A stretch of 35,675 nt of DNA from Welwitschia mirabilis (taxonomy: Eukaryota): the NCBI GenBank assembly GCA_051453625.1, contig JBOZIK010000001.1, positions 16,265,832 to 16,301,506 on the forward strand. Direction: 5' to 3'. Of the stretch, positions 1 to 10,673 are shown piece after piece. Both the position numbers and the translations under genes were made by a program. Position 1 is the stretch's first letter. Each line of letters starts with the position of its first letter. Under the pieces are notes generated by a model, which saw only the letters and a program-made list of their open reading frames with translations, ran no database searches and was not told where the DNA came from.

Positions 1-69
1 TATACTAGCATGCTGTATTTTGCATCTTATTTATAATTAACAGGATTGAGATCGAAGAGTGAAACATTG

Positions 70-887
70 CATAAATATGCACCACAACATAGATCTCCTC
101 TGGTAAAATGTATATGAGTCAAGATACAATAGTGATAGCACTATAGATACACAACTTGATCTTTTAGATTCATAATGATTTATCTAAATGAAAATTGTTC
201 TAAAATATCTTTAGGTTATCTATTTCCTAGATATTTATAATGAAAAAATATTAGAGTTTTATACATTTAAACTATACCTTTAAAGGCTATAAACAGTTAG
301 AAAACAACTAGTTAACGACCAGAAAATGGATACATAATGTTTAAAATTTTTTGTTTTCCTCACTATCTGGTTGACCTCATAAAAATCTAGTCAATCCCAT
401 GTGATGCTATGAATTACACAGGTCACTCAAGAGAGAAATTTGGTCACTTTAGGTTTTTATATCTCTAAGTCTGATCGACCCCAGTCCAGTTGACTCCATC
501 CTAGGTTAGGTCAATCCCTTATCTCTCAGTATGAAACTACTACCTGTCAAGTCTTCAAATTTAGTTGACCCCATGAAAATCCAGTCAATCTCTTGCTATT
601 TAATTCAGGGATACTGATTCTCTAAGTTACAGGTTCATTCAACTCCATCAGAATTTGATTGACTCCTTTAGATTTAGTTTATTTTTTCTTTAATAGCTTC
701 AAGGATGGTTAACTCCTTTAGGATTTAGTCGATCCCTCTATAGGGTGAATCAACTACTCAAGTTTTTGGTACATATTTTACTTCCATTTTTTAACCTATA
801 AAAACTCAAATTCTTCTGCATAAAACATATAACATTTTCTATATAAGAGATATTAGTTTAACATCAATTGGCAAATATAATCTAAAA
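70..887 (-). repeat. 3' LTR of Sirevirus-type element (A-like), missing ~550 bp of its distal end
   Basis: Ends ATATAATCTAAAA at 887, the same terminus as ATATAATCTAACA (6743) and ATATAATCTAATA (10673). Followed by a PPT and rich in decayed GTCGAC motifs. Confidence 0.85.
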
Positions 888-1575
888 ATATCCCACTTTG
901 ACATTGATGGAAAACAAATAAATGATTTCAAAATTAAACACATTTAAACTCTTTTACCACACAAATTTGAGGCACATTACAATAAAAACTCCTCCTTTGA
1001 TCAAGTTATATAAATGACATTAAGTAAAGTTAACATATTTCTAAAACAAACCGTTTTCTTCTTCTTTGACAAAATACTACATATGTTTGTGGAAAAAAAT
1101 ACTTTAAAAATACTACATCTTCACCCTCTTTAACATTAATGATAAAGAAAATATAATTTTTAAATATGTCTTTACAAATATCAAATTTTCTTTCCTCTAA
1201 CTTAATACCATATGTAAAATTAATAATCCAAATATTGATACAAATTTTATGCTTTTAAATATCACAAATTTGATTATGCATAATTTAATAATTAAGAAGA
1301 CATAATGATAATCTAAATGTAATCAAGAACATAAATATTTTGGTTCATTTTCAATTGAGATAATAAATTTAATCTTTCCAAAATCAGCACATATAATTTT
1401 ATACTATCAAATGAGATATACCAAATGATACAAAAATTATGCTAAAATAGCTAACTAATTTACATTAAGAGAAAAACATTACAAGTCTAGTAAGGATTTA
1501 AATTAAAAAAGCACTCTTCAAGAGAATACCATAGCAAATAAGCATAACTAAATATTCCCTTTTTAATAACAAAGG
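888..1575 (-). other. Polypurine tract (888-899) plus upstream PPT-like repeats (Sirevirus multi-PPT signature)
   Basis: ATATCCCACTTTG abuts the LTR (minus strand AAAGTGGGATAT, cf. copia AAAGGGGGAGAT). Similar pyrimidine tracts: CTCCTCCTTTGA ~990, CTTCTTCTTTGAC ~1060, TCACCCTCTTTAAC ~1121, TTCCCTTTTTAATAAC ~1555. Confidence 0.65.
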
Positions 1576-1644
1576 CAAGAAGAGAACACTAAAACATGAT
1601 CTGAAAAACAAGAAATTTTAATTTGACTCCTCTTATTCTTCTTT

Positions 1645-2606
1645 CTATTTAGATTCTTTCTCTAAATCTTCTTCATCTCCTCTACTACAAGAAGAGCTGG
1701 TACCCTTAGCTGAGGTATCTACAATGTTTTATTCAGCTGCAATAAGGGCTTCTTTCATGTGTCTGATATAGAAGTCAATCTGTTTCAGATATGAAAGTCT
1801 CATCTAGAGATGCTTCCTTTGGGGTCTTAAAAGGGGATTTCTTAGAGGGGGAAAAGATATGCATGTGAAATAAAGTTGCATGCCCAATGGGTAACATAAG
1901 CTGAGGAGTTTCCAACTTAGGTGGGAGGTCAACACGAAGATGGCGACAGATTTTGATGATAAGCACAGAGTAGGATAAAGCTTTAGTTCTATGATACTCC
2001 AACTATGAAGCCATATTCATCAGTATTATGGCATGGACATCAATAGAATACCAAGTTCCTATTAAATGCATCAAATATGCTCTATAGCTAGAGGCCTCAT
2101 CATGATGGCCAGCTAAAGGAATAAAGTTATAAGTAAAAATGAAATGATATTTAGGAGTCAATAAAGAAGTAAATAAAGTGTGTTTCCAAGAATGCACTCT
2201 ATCACAAAGCTCCCTGGTAACTACTGACTTTTCTTCTATGGTGTCTTTAGTAGGACAAAACTCCTCATAGTCTCCGCTTGGAAGATTAGTTAGCTTAGAG
2301 ATAATAATGCTATCACTCTTATTCTTCTACCTAAAATAAGGATTTTAAGAGTCTTGATATCACGATCAAAAGAAGTATTGTAATAAAACATTCTAGTAAG
2401 AAAAGGATAAGCAGGACCTGACTTCCCTAATTTCTCTAAGCTCTAATGTGACTACAGACCATTCTTGATACAAAGCTTTCTTCTCAAACGTATCAAAGAA
2501 CTTGTTAGTATCTTCATCAAATATTCTTTGATAGAAGTAGAATGATTCCCTTAAAAGATCCTCCTTTGCACCTCTCATAGAAGATCTTGCAGCAATTTTG
2601 AGGCAC
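1645..2606 (-). pseudogene. env-like extra ORF of Sirevirus ('putative plant transposon protein' type), disrupted by stops/frameshifts
   Basis: Fragments PAYPFLTRMFYYN, LLTPKYHFIFTYNFIPLAGHHDEASSYRAYLMHLIGTWYSIDVHAIILMNM and KALSYSVLIIKICRHLRVDL match the YPxLxRxFYxN ... NxxPxxGH ... LPY/SxLITxI pattern of this family. Lies between the pol position and the PPT. Confidence 0.75.
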
Positions 2607-2814
2607 TTAAAAGATAAAGAATTTAAAAAAACACTAGATCTAGAAGCAAGAAATCTAAATTTTAAGAGAAAAGCACTATATCTAAGAGTTAGAAGGTACT
2701 AGAACATAATGAAAACAAGTTAGGGTTTTAAATGTTTTATAGATTGAGGGAAATAGGGTGGATTTGAGAAAGAAATTGGGTCCACTAGCTATACTTTTGC
2801 ATTATAATATGTCA

Positions 2815-2990
2815 TGTCCAGTTAACCACTCAAACATCTGGTTGGCCTGTCGAGATGTGAATTTATAGTATTAAAAGAGGTCTGTGTGACTAGGCTTTTA
2901 GGCAAGTCAATCGATCATATCCAGTCAATTGAATTATAGATCTAGTCAACCACCCTGTAATCAGTCAAGAGACAGTGACTTAACCTCTAG
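2815..2990. repeat. Cluster of LTR-type decayed GTCGAC motifs upstream of env-like ORF
   Basis: CCAGTTAACC, CTGGTTGGCC, AAGTCAATCGA, CCAGTCAATT, CTAGTCAACC, TCAGTCAAG resemble the motifs in the LTRs. Confidence 0.55.
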
Positions 2991-3099
2991 ATCACTTTCA
3001 TGATTGTTAGATTGATTATAAAAACTAGGTGTTTTATCAAAATTCACAAAATAGTATTTAGTTTTATCAAAATCTTTCTTAAAGTCTTGGTTTGCATAA

Positions 3100-5108
3100 A
3101 ACATTTGATCAAGCGATTTAGCATTTAATCTATAAGCACTATTCATACATTTTGCAAAAAAAATAAAAATATTCGTTTCCCATCCTTTATAATATATTTT
3201 GATTTATTAAAAATTATTCTATGCCCTTTATCACAAAGTTAAATTACACTTAATAAATTGTGTTTCAAACCATTAACATAAAGTACATTATCAAGTTTAG
3301 ATGATATACCTCCTTTGATGCATCCTATACCTTCTATTTTTGCTGTTTGATTGTTTTTAAATATGACCACTCCTTCGTTTATGTTCTTCAAGTTCTGAAA
3401 ACTTGATTTATCTCTTGTTATATACATTAAACAACCGTTATCTAGATACCAACTGTTCATGTGTGATACTCTAAAATCTATTTGTGTCACAAAGCTTTAA
3501 AGATTATTAGCTTTAACCCACTTAGTCTTATTTAATTTAGGTGGTACATTTTTCTTTAGAATAAACTTAAAAGGTAGTGTGTTTATATGCTCAGAGAAAA
3601 GCATTAGTTATCTAATTTTGCAAAAAGATTTTGAATAACCCAATATACCATAAAAATTACACAAAATATTAGGTAAATACTTACTTGTCTAGTTTACCTA
3701 TTTTTATGATCTTTGTGTACTAAAGCCAATACCTAATTTGTCTTCAGTAGGCTTTCATACTTCAAGCATCTGTTTCAATTTAGAAGAGCTATTAGAAATT
3801 TTATTTACAAAATAAAAAAGATTTTTACCTAAGAAGTTAGCTTGATGTTGTTAGATTTAAGCACATTATATTTCTCTTTCACTTACTTCTTTTCTTTGAT
3901 AATAAAATTCACTTATTTGTTTAACTCATTGATTCTTTTGATGAGCTTCTCACACTCTTCATACAACTCTTGACATATGTCTTCTACCTCATCTTCTTCT
4001 TCATCAATCATATCCAAATCATTAGGCATTGAAGTACTAGGTATATTTTTGTATGATGGAACTCGAGCCATGAAAGACAACCTTTTATCTCTGTCTAATC
4101 CATAATTTGAATAGTTTTTCTCATCTTTATCATCTTCATTATCCCAAGTAGCCATGAATGAAGGATCCCTTGACTTTCTGTTGTCATGCCTAGTGTTAGG
4201 ACACTCATTAGCCATATGTCTAAATCCTTTGTATGAGTAGCATTGGATTTTCTTTCCCTTTTATTGCTCCCTTCTTTGTTTTGAATTACTTCTCCTTGAA
4301 CTCCTACTTGATTCCCCTTCTTTTTTCTTATAAAGAAACTTTTTAAATCATCTGGCTAGAAGAGGCACTTCATCATTATCGAATTCTTCATCTAATCTGT
4401 CAGATCTATAGTGTTTCTGCACACATTTCAATGCAATACCTTTGTTTCTATCTTTAACAAACTTAAGCTCATAGGTTTGAAGATTACCTTGAAGTTTTTC
4501 AATGCCATTGCATTGATGTTTTTGCTTTCTTCGATGGCCATCATCTTCAATTTGAATCTCTTGGGTAGGGATCTCAAAACTTTCCTTATCACTTTTCTTT
4601 CCTTCATGCGTTCTCCGAGGTTTACCATTGAGTTCACGACATCTATAAGTCTAGCAAAAAATTTCTATAAGATTTCTTCTTCATCCATATGAATATCTTC
4701 AAATTTAGAAATAAGCATTTAAAGTTTTGCTTGTTTAATAGTGGATGTTCCTTTATGTGCCACTTCTAGAATATCCTAAGCTTCTTTAGCATGGTTATAG
4801 TTCATGATTCTTTTAAATTTATTTGCACATACTATACAAAAGATTGCATTAAGAGAATAGGCATTAATGATGGCTTTTGCTTTATCTGTGGGTGTCCCTT
4901 AGTCTTGGGATTTGGGAACTTAGATAGTATGACCACTTGCATTTGTTTGAGTTATCATAGGCACAGTATAACCTTTGTAAATAACTTTCTCTATGTTGGC
5001 ATCTAGGGATGTAAGAAATATTCTCATCCTAGCTTTCTAATAGGCATAGTTCAATCCATCGAATATAGATGGATGACTGGTTAAAAATCCATCAGAATGG
5101 TTACTCAT
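3100..5108 (-). pseudogene. Copia (Sirevirus) gag + aspartic protease of element 'B'; pol truncated after protease
   Basis: ATG at 5108: MSNHSDGFLTSHPSIFDGLNYAY*KARMRIFL. UBN2-type VRKVLRSLPKRF; zinc knuckle IQCYSYKGFRHMANECP; extended gag with second knuckle; protease WYLDNGCLMYITRDK...LYVNGLKHNLLSVI*LCDKG. No integrase, RT or RNase H motifs follow. Confidence 0.9.
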
Positions 5109-5160
5109 TTTTAGGGTTCTAAAGTCAAGATTGATTAAAATTTATCAACAACTAACCTAA

Positions 5161-5172
5161 GATATGATACCA
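5161..5172 (-). other. Primer binding site (initiator Met tRNA) of element B
   Basis: Minus strand TGGTATCATATC vs canonical TGGTATCAGAGC, 2 bp from the LTR end. Confidence 0.85.
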
Positions 5173-5497
5173 AATGATAGGATCGAGAACCCTGGGGGGG
5201 AGCCGGTTGTTAATAGGTTCTATCAAAAACTTAAGCACAAATCTAAAATATTTAAATCTATCTAAAACACATCTTTCATATGAAAGTAACCAAATTATAA
5301 ATGTGCATAAAATGATGAAATTCTAAAAGTAATGAATTAAAAATAAAATGCACCAACTATCAATTTTGATGCACACTAGATTTATAGTGGTTCGGAAACT
5401 TCCCTACTCTACTCTCAATAATTAACTTCTTCCAAGTTAGATCTCGGATCTTTATTACTCCACTAGGTATTCCAGGTTCACCTGTAGCCTTTATAAG

Positions 5498-5628
5498 TGG
5501 ACTTTTTTAGACTTAGTCTCAACTTTTGAATGGACTTTTCTAAGCTTAGTCTCAACCTTTAAATGAACTTTTCAAGGTTTAATTTCAACCTTTCAATGGA
5601 CTTTTAAAGGCTTAGTCTCAACCTTTCA
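5498..5628. repeat. Tandem repeat, 4 x ~33 bp, within LTR B
   Basis: Unit TGGACTTTTCTAAGCTTAGTCTCAACCTTTAAA and variants. Homologous arrays at 9595-9688 (3 copies) and, inverted, at 10718-10822 (3 copies). Confidence 0.9.
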
Positions 5629-6044
5629 CAATGTAGAATAGTGATGTAATAATGCTAATATGCATGAATATCACTCGTTCTTGATACAGTAGATTTGATG
5701 GAGCTCTTTTTTGTAGATGTACAAAAGATGAAGCTCTAGATCTCACCTTGAATGTAGAGATAATATAGAAAATAAATATTCCTAGTTAAGAGTACAAATG
5801 CCAAGACTTAATAGTAAATATCACAAGATTATAATGCTAGTTTCTTAGATCCAAAAGATTAACAAGATTGAAAAAGATTATAAAGGATTCTTTATCATCT
5901 ATCTCTTGTCTATTTATATTAAAAGGCTTTTAGAGTTTATTACATTTGAAAATGCGCTTCTAACATCTATAAACAGCTAGAAAATGGCTATTTAATAGAT
6001 ATATAATGCATACAAAATAGATAGAAAATTTTAGTTTCATTCCA

Positions 6045-6582
6045 TCTAGTCGACCACTCAAAAGTCTAGTCGACTCCATCTGGTACCATGACTTACATAA
6101 GTTACCTGATTAAAAATTTTGGTCGCCCTAATTTCTTATGGCTTCATGTCCGGTTGACTCATTTGGATCCAGTCGATCCCAATCTAGTCATCCACTATAA
6201 AATCTAGTCATCTACTTATCTTAATAAAGATCTTTCTAATTTCTAGTGTCAAGTCTGGTCAACCCCTTTAGGTGTTCGGTTGACCCCATGATGATCGGCT
6301 TAGGAGTATTAGTTACACAGTTCTTAAGTACGGTCGACTCATCATAGGTCTGGTTGACCCCTTATCATTCAGATTATGGATACTATTTATTAGGTCCTCA
6401 AATATGGTTGACCCCATAAATGTCCTATCAACCCCTTTCCATTCGATTTAGGGGCACTGGCTCTCGAGGTTACAGGTCCAGTCGATCTCATCAGAAATCT
6501 AGTTAAGTCCTCTAAATTTAATTCATTTTTTGAGTATCTTCTTTAGGTGTAGTCAATCCCTTGAAAGTTCGATCAACCCCTC
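6045..6582. repeat. Cluster of palindromic GTCGAC-core repeated motifs in LTR U3 region
   Basis: Roughly 20 copies of (T)C(T/C)(A/G)GTCGACCCC variants: TCTAGTCGACC, TCTAGTCGACTCC, CCGGTTGACTC, CCAGTCGATCCC, TGGTCAACCCC, CGGTTGACCCC, CGGTCGACTC. Equivalent clusters at ~365-740 and ~10115-10525. Confidence 0.85.
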
Positions 6583-6743
6583 AAGAGGATAAATAAACTT
6601 GATAGGTCTCTAGTGCTTAGAATTCAATGGTTTTGGTTTTATTTTTAGACCTACAAGTGATTAACATCTTTTATACAAGATACACAAAATTAGCTATACA
6701 GAAAACATTAGTTGAACATCAATTAGCAAAATATAATCTAACA

Positions 6744-7412
6744 TCTATCACTAAATGATCTTCAACTTAAACCATAAGTGATATTCACATAATAAAAGTA
6801 AAAAGAGTTTTTGAATTAATTATCGATTTAACATCCACTTACAATAAAGTAGCAGCACCTCAGTGGAGGATATTCAATCCAATACTAAGGAAATCTCCTC
6901 TCTACAGATAATGGATGAACATCTTATCCTTTAATCTTTCATTACAAGAATATCCATTATAAAAGATGGAAATGGAAGTAAAGGCAAAAAGGGATATTTA
7001 TAACTTTACATTAAAGTTCTATGAGCAAAAACCTAAAAGCCAAAGAAGAAATCCTAGTAATCCACATGGGCTATATGGCTCATTTACAAAGATAATTATT
7101 TTTGTCCATATAAAATAGTTATTATCTTGACTATAATAGGAATGATACTAGGGATGATACTCCACAAAAAGAGATGATCTATTAGCTTGAGACCCTATAG
7201 TCAACTCCGTAGCTTCAGTCCATATCAGTAGTAGTTTCATCCTATCTATTATGGAGATAACATAGGGGATGATAGGCCTATTTTTATTTTCAACTTAAGA
7301 GAAATCCATCTTCTGCATTATAAATCTTTCCTTTAAGAAATGAAGTATTATAATAAGCTTGAGATGCCTTTAAATATGTTAAGAATTACATGTTTTAGTG
7401 ATTATCTCATCG
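6744..7412 (-). repeat. Fragment 'F' of an Athila-like LTR (same family as the LTRs of element E), interrupted by B
   Basis: Aligns with 14647-15300 and 32660-33300 (e.g. AACTTAAACCATAAG and ACATCCACTTACAATAAAGTAGCAGCACCTCAGTGGAGGATA). Runs into the N gap. Confidence 0.85.
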
Positions 7413-7512
7413 NNNNNNNNNNNNNNNNNNNNNNNNNNNNNNNNNNNNNNNNNNNNNNNNNNNNNNNNNNNNNNNNNNNNNNNNNNNNNNNNNNNNNNNN
7501 NNNNNNNNNNNN
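7413..7512. other. Assembly gap (100 N)
   Basis: Run of N. Confidence 1.
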
Positions 7513-9215
7513 CTTTATCTCTTGACATATGCCTTGATCAGCCATTATCTAGATACCAACTATTTATACATGATCCTCTAAAATTTATTTGTATCACAAA
7601 GCTTTAAAGATTATTAGCTTTTAATCACTTAATATTATTTGACTTAAGTCATATATTTTTCTTAAGAATAAACTTAAAAGGCAATGAGTTTACATTTTTA
7701 GAGAAGAGCATTAAACATCTAACTTTGCAAAAAGGTTTAGAATGATCAAATCTACCATAAATATTACACAAAAGATTTAACACATACTTACTTGTCTTCT
7801 TTACCTATTTTTATGATTTTTATACACCAACACCAATAATTAATTTGTCTCCATTATGCTTTCATACTCCAAAAATATATTTTAATTTAGAAGAGCTACC
7901 ATAAAACAGATTTATAAAAATGAAAGATTATTTACTTGAGTAGTTAGCTTGACGTTATTGGATTTGAGCACATTACATTTCTTTTCCACTTCCTTCTTCT
8001 TTTTTGTAATATTTTTTACTATTTTATTTAACTCATGATTCTCTTGGTGAGCTTCTCATACTCTTTATACAAATCTTGACAGGTATCTTCTAGCTCATCT
8101 TCTTCTTCATTAATCATATCTAAATCATTTGAAATTATTATATTAGGAACATTTTTGAGTAAAGATATGAAGGCCATGAAAGATAATCTCCTATCTTTGT
8201 CTGATCCATGATCTAAATATATTTCCTCATCTTCATCATCTTTATTATCCTAAGTTGTCATGAATGAGGAATTCCTAGACTTTCTTTTATCTCTCCTAAT
8301 GTTAGGATACTCATTAGCCATATGTCCAAATCCTTTGTATGAGTAGCATTTGATTTTCTTTTCCTTTTCTTTCTCCTTTTTTTGTTTTGGATTACTTTTC
8401 CTTGAATTCCTATTTAATTATCCTTCCTTTTTTCTATAAAGAAACTTTCTAAATCACTTGGCTAGAAGAGCTATTTCATCATCATAAAGTTTTTCATCTA
8501 ATCTGTCTGATCTATAGCCTTCTTGCACACATTTTAAAGTAATATGTTTTCTTCTATCTTTAACAAACTTGAGCTCATAGGTTTGTAGATTACCTTGAAG
8601 TTTTTCCAATACCATTGCATTGATGTTTTTAATTTCTTCGATGGCTGTCACCTTCGACTCAAATCTCTTGGGTAGGGGTCTCAAAACTTTCCTTACCACT
8701 TTTCTTTTCTTCATGTGTTCTCCGAGGCTTACCATGAAGTTCACGATATCTGTAAGTCTAGAAAAAAATTCCTATAAGATTTCTTTTTTATCTATGTGAA
8801 TATCTTCAAATTTAGAAATAAGCATTTAAAGTTTTTCTTATTTAATAGTTGATATTCCTTCATGTGCCACTTCTAGAATATCCCTCACTTCCTTAGCATG
8901 GTTATAGTTCACGATTCTTTTAAAATAATTTATACATACTATACAAAAAATTACATTAAGAGCACATGCATCAATGGTGGCTTTTGTTTTGTTTGTGGAT
9001 GTCTATTGGTCCTAGGATTTAGGAACTAAGATAGTCTTGCCATTTACATTTGTTTGAGTTATCATAGGCATACTATATCCTTTGTAAATGACTTCCTCTA
9101 TATCAGCATCTAGATATCTAAACAAAATTCTCATCCTGGCTTTCTAATAGGCATAGTTTAACCCATCAAACATAGGTGAATGACCAATTAAAAATCGATC
9201 AAATTAATTACTCAT
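7513..9215 (-). pseudogene. Copia (Sirevirus) gag + start of protease of element A
   Basis: ATG at 9215; PMFDGLNYAY*KARMRIL, VVRKVLRPLPKRFESKVTAIEE, IKCYSYKGFGHMANEYP, WYLDNG*SRHMSRDK. Colinear paralogue of 3420-5108. Confidence 0.9.
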
Positions 9216-9267
9216 TTTTAGGGCTCTAAAGTTAAGATTGGTTAAAATCTATTAAAGACTAACCTAA

Positions 9268-9279
9268 GCTATGATACTA
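9268..9279 (-). other. Primer binding site (Met-i tRNA, decayed) of element A
   Basis: Minus strand TAGTATCATAGC vs TGGTATCAGAGC, 2 bp from the LTR end. Confidence 0.75.
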
Positions 9280-9281
9280 AA

Positions 9282-10673
9282 TGATAGAAGCGAGGATCCT
9301 AGAGGGGGAGTGAATAGGTTCTTTCAAAAACTTAAGCACAAAACTAAAAATAAATCTATCTAAAATAATGCTTGCATATAAACATAACCAATTCAATAAT
9401 GTACATAAAATAATAGAATTATGAAAATAAAGAATAAAAAATAAAATGCACAAACTACCAATTTTGATGCATACCAAATTTATAGTGGTTCAGAAAATCC
9501 CCTACTCCACTTTTGATGATTAGCTTTTCTCAAGCTAGATCTTGGATCTCTGTTACTCCACAAGTATTCTAGGTTCATCTGTAACCTTTACAAATGAACT
9601 TTTCTAGGCTAAGTCTCAACCTTTACAATGAACTTTTCAAGACTTAGTCTCAAGCTATAGCATGGAATTTTCAAGGCTAAGTCTCAATATCTAGAAATAA
9701 TGGAAGTGATGTAGTAACGCCTTAATTGCACAAATATCACTTGTTCAGAAATCAGTATAAAAGATGGATCTTTCCTCCTATAGCAATATACTAATGATGC
9801 TCTAGATCTAACTTTGAATGCAATACATGTGCCAATAGTAGATGTCCTCTAGTTAGATGTATATGAGCTAAGATACAATAATGATAGCACTATAGATACA
9901 CAACTTGATATTTTAAATCCATAATAATTTAGCCAAATGAAAATCATTCCAAAAGATCTCTAGGTTATCTATTTCCTAGCAATTTATAATGAAATTCTAT
10001 TAAGGTTTTGTACATTTGAATTACATCTCTAATGGTTATAAATGGCTAGAAAATGGCTAGTTAATGGCTAAAAAATGTGTACATAACATTTAGAAATTTT
10101 TATTTTCCATGCCATCTGGTTAACTCCATAAAAATTTGGTCGACCTCATGTGATGCTATGAATTACATAGGTCATCCAAGAGAGAAATTTAGTGACCCTA
10201 AGTTTTTACGTTTCCAAGCCTGGTTGGTCCCATTTGGATCTAGTTAATCCTAGTTCGGTTAACTCCATCCTAGATCTGGTCAACCCAATCTTGAATCCAG
10301 TCGATTCATTATCTCTCAGTTTGGAACTACTATCTGTTAGATCCTAAAATTCGGTTGACCCCATAAAAATCCAGTCAACCCCTTGCCATTCAGTTCAGAG
10401 ACACTAATTCTTCAAGTTACAAGTTCAACTACACTAGAATTCAGTCGACCCCTCTGGGTTTAGTTCATTTTTCCTTTGACATCTTTATGTGTAGTTGACC
10501 TCTTTAGGATCTGGTCGAGCCCTCTGAAGAGTAAATCAACTACTTAGGTTTTTGATGCATATTTTGGTTCCATTTTTCAACCTGTAAAAACTCAAAATCT
10601 TTTTTACAAAAGATACAACATTTGCTATATAAGAGATATTAGTTTAACATCAATTGGAAAATATAATCTAATA
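9282..10673 (-). repeat. 5' LTR of Sirevirus element A (~1.39 kb)
   Basis: Starts TGATAGAAG with AGAGGGGGAGTGAATAGG (ATTCACTCCCCCTCT on element strand) and ends ATAATCTAATA. Contains the 34-bp tandem repeat and GTCGAC cluster. Confidence 0.9.

Larger units (their letters stand above)
5175..6743 (-). repeat. 5' LTR of Sirevirus element B (~1.57 kb)
   Basis: TG(ATAGG)...(TCTAA)CA termini. G-run near the PBS-proximal end (C-rich signal on the element strand), putative TATA at ~5910-5920, GTCGAC motif cluster and 33-bp tandem repeat. Confidence 0.9.
70..10673 (-). mobile_element. Sirevirus-type Ty1/copia LTR retrotransposon 'A' (degenerate; contains nested F and B), inserted in the LTR of element C
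   Basis: LTR 9282-10673, Met-tRNA PBS at 9268-9279 and copia gag 9215->7513. The LTR at ~70-887 aligns closely with 9830-10673 (e.g. AGATACAATA-TGATAGCACTATAGATACACAACTTGAT and ATAAGAGATATTAGTTTAACATCAATTGG-AAATATAATCTAA). Left boundary approximate. Confidence 0.7.

Noticed and set aside
3497..3499. Conserved TAA between gag and protease as a programmed read-through stop (as in SIRE1)
   Set aside because: Element C has GAA at the homologous codon (NLESF) and no CARYYA follows; more likely a shared mutation in A and B.
4411..5006. Plus-strand ORFs 4411-4692 and 4791-5006 (and minus ORF 11586-11891)
   Set aside because: Antisense shadows of gag.
5498..5628. 33-bp direct repeats as a CRISPR array
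   Set aside because: Units are contiguous with no unique spacers, lie inside a plant LTR, and there are no cas genes.
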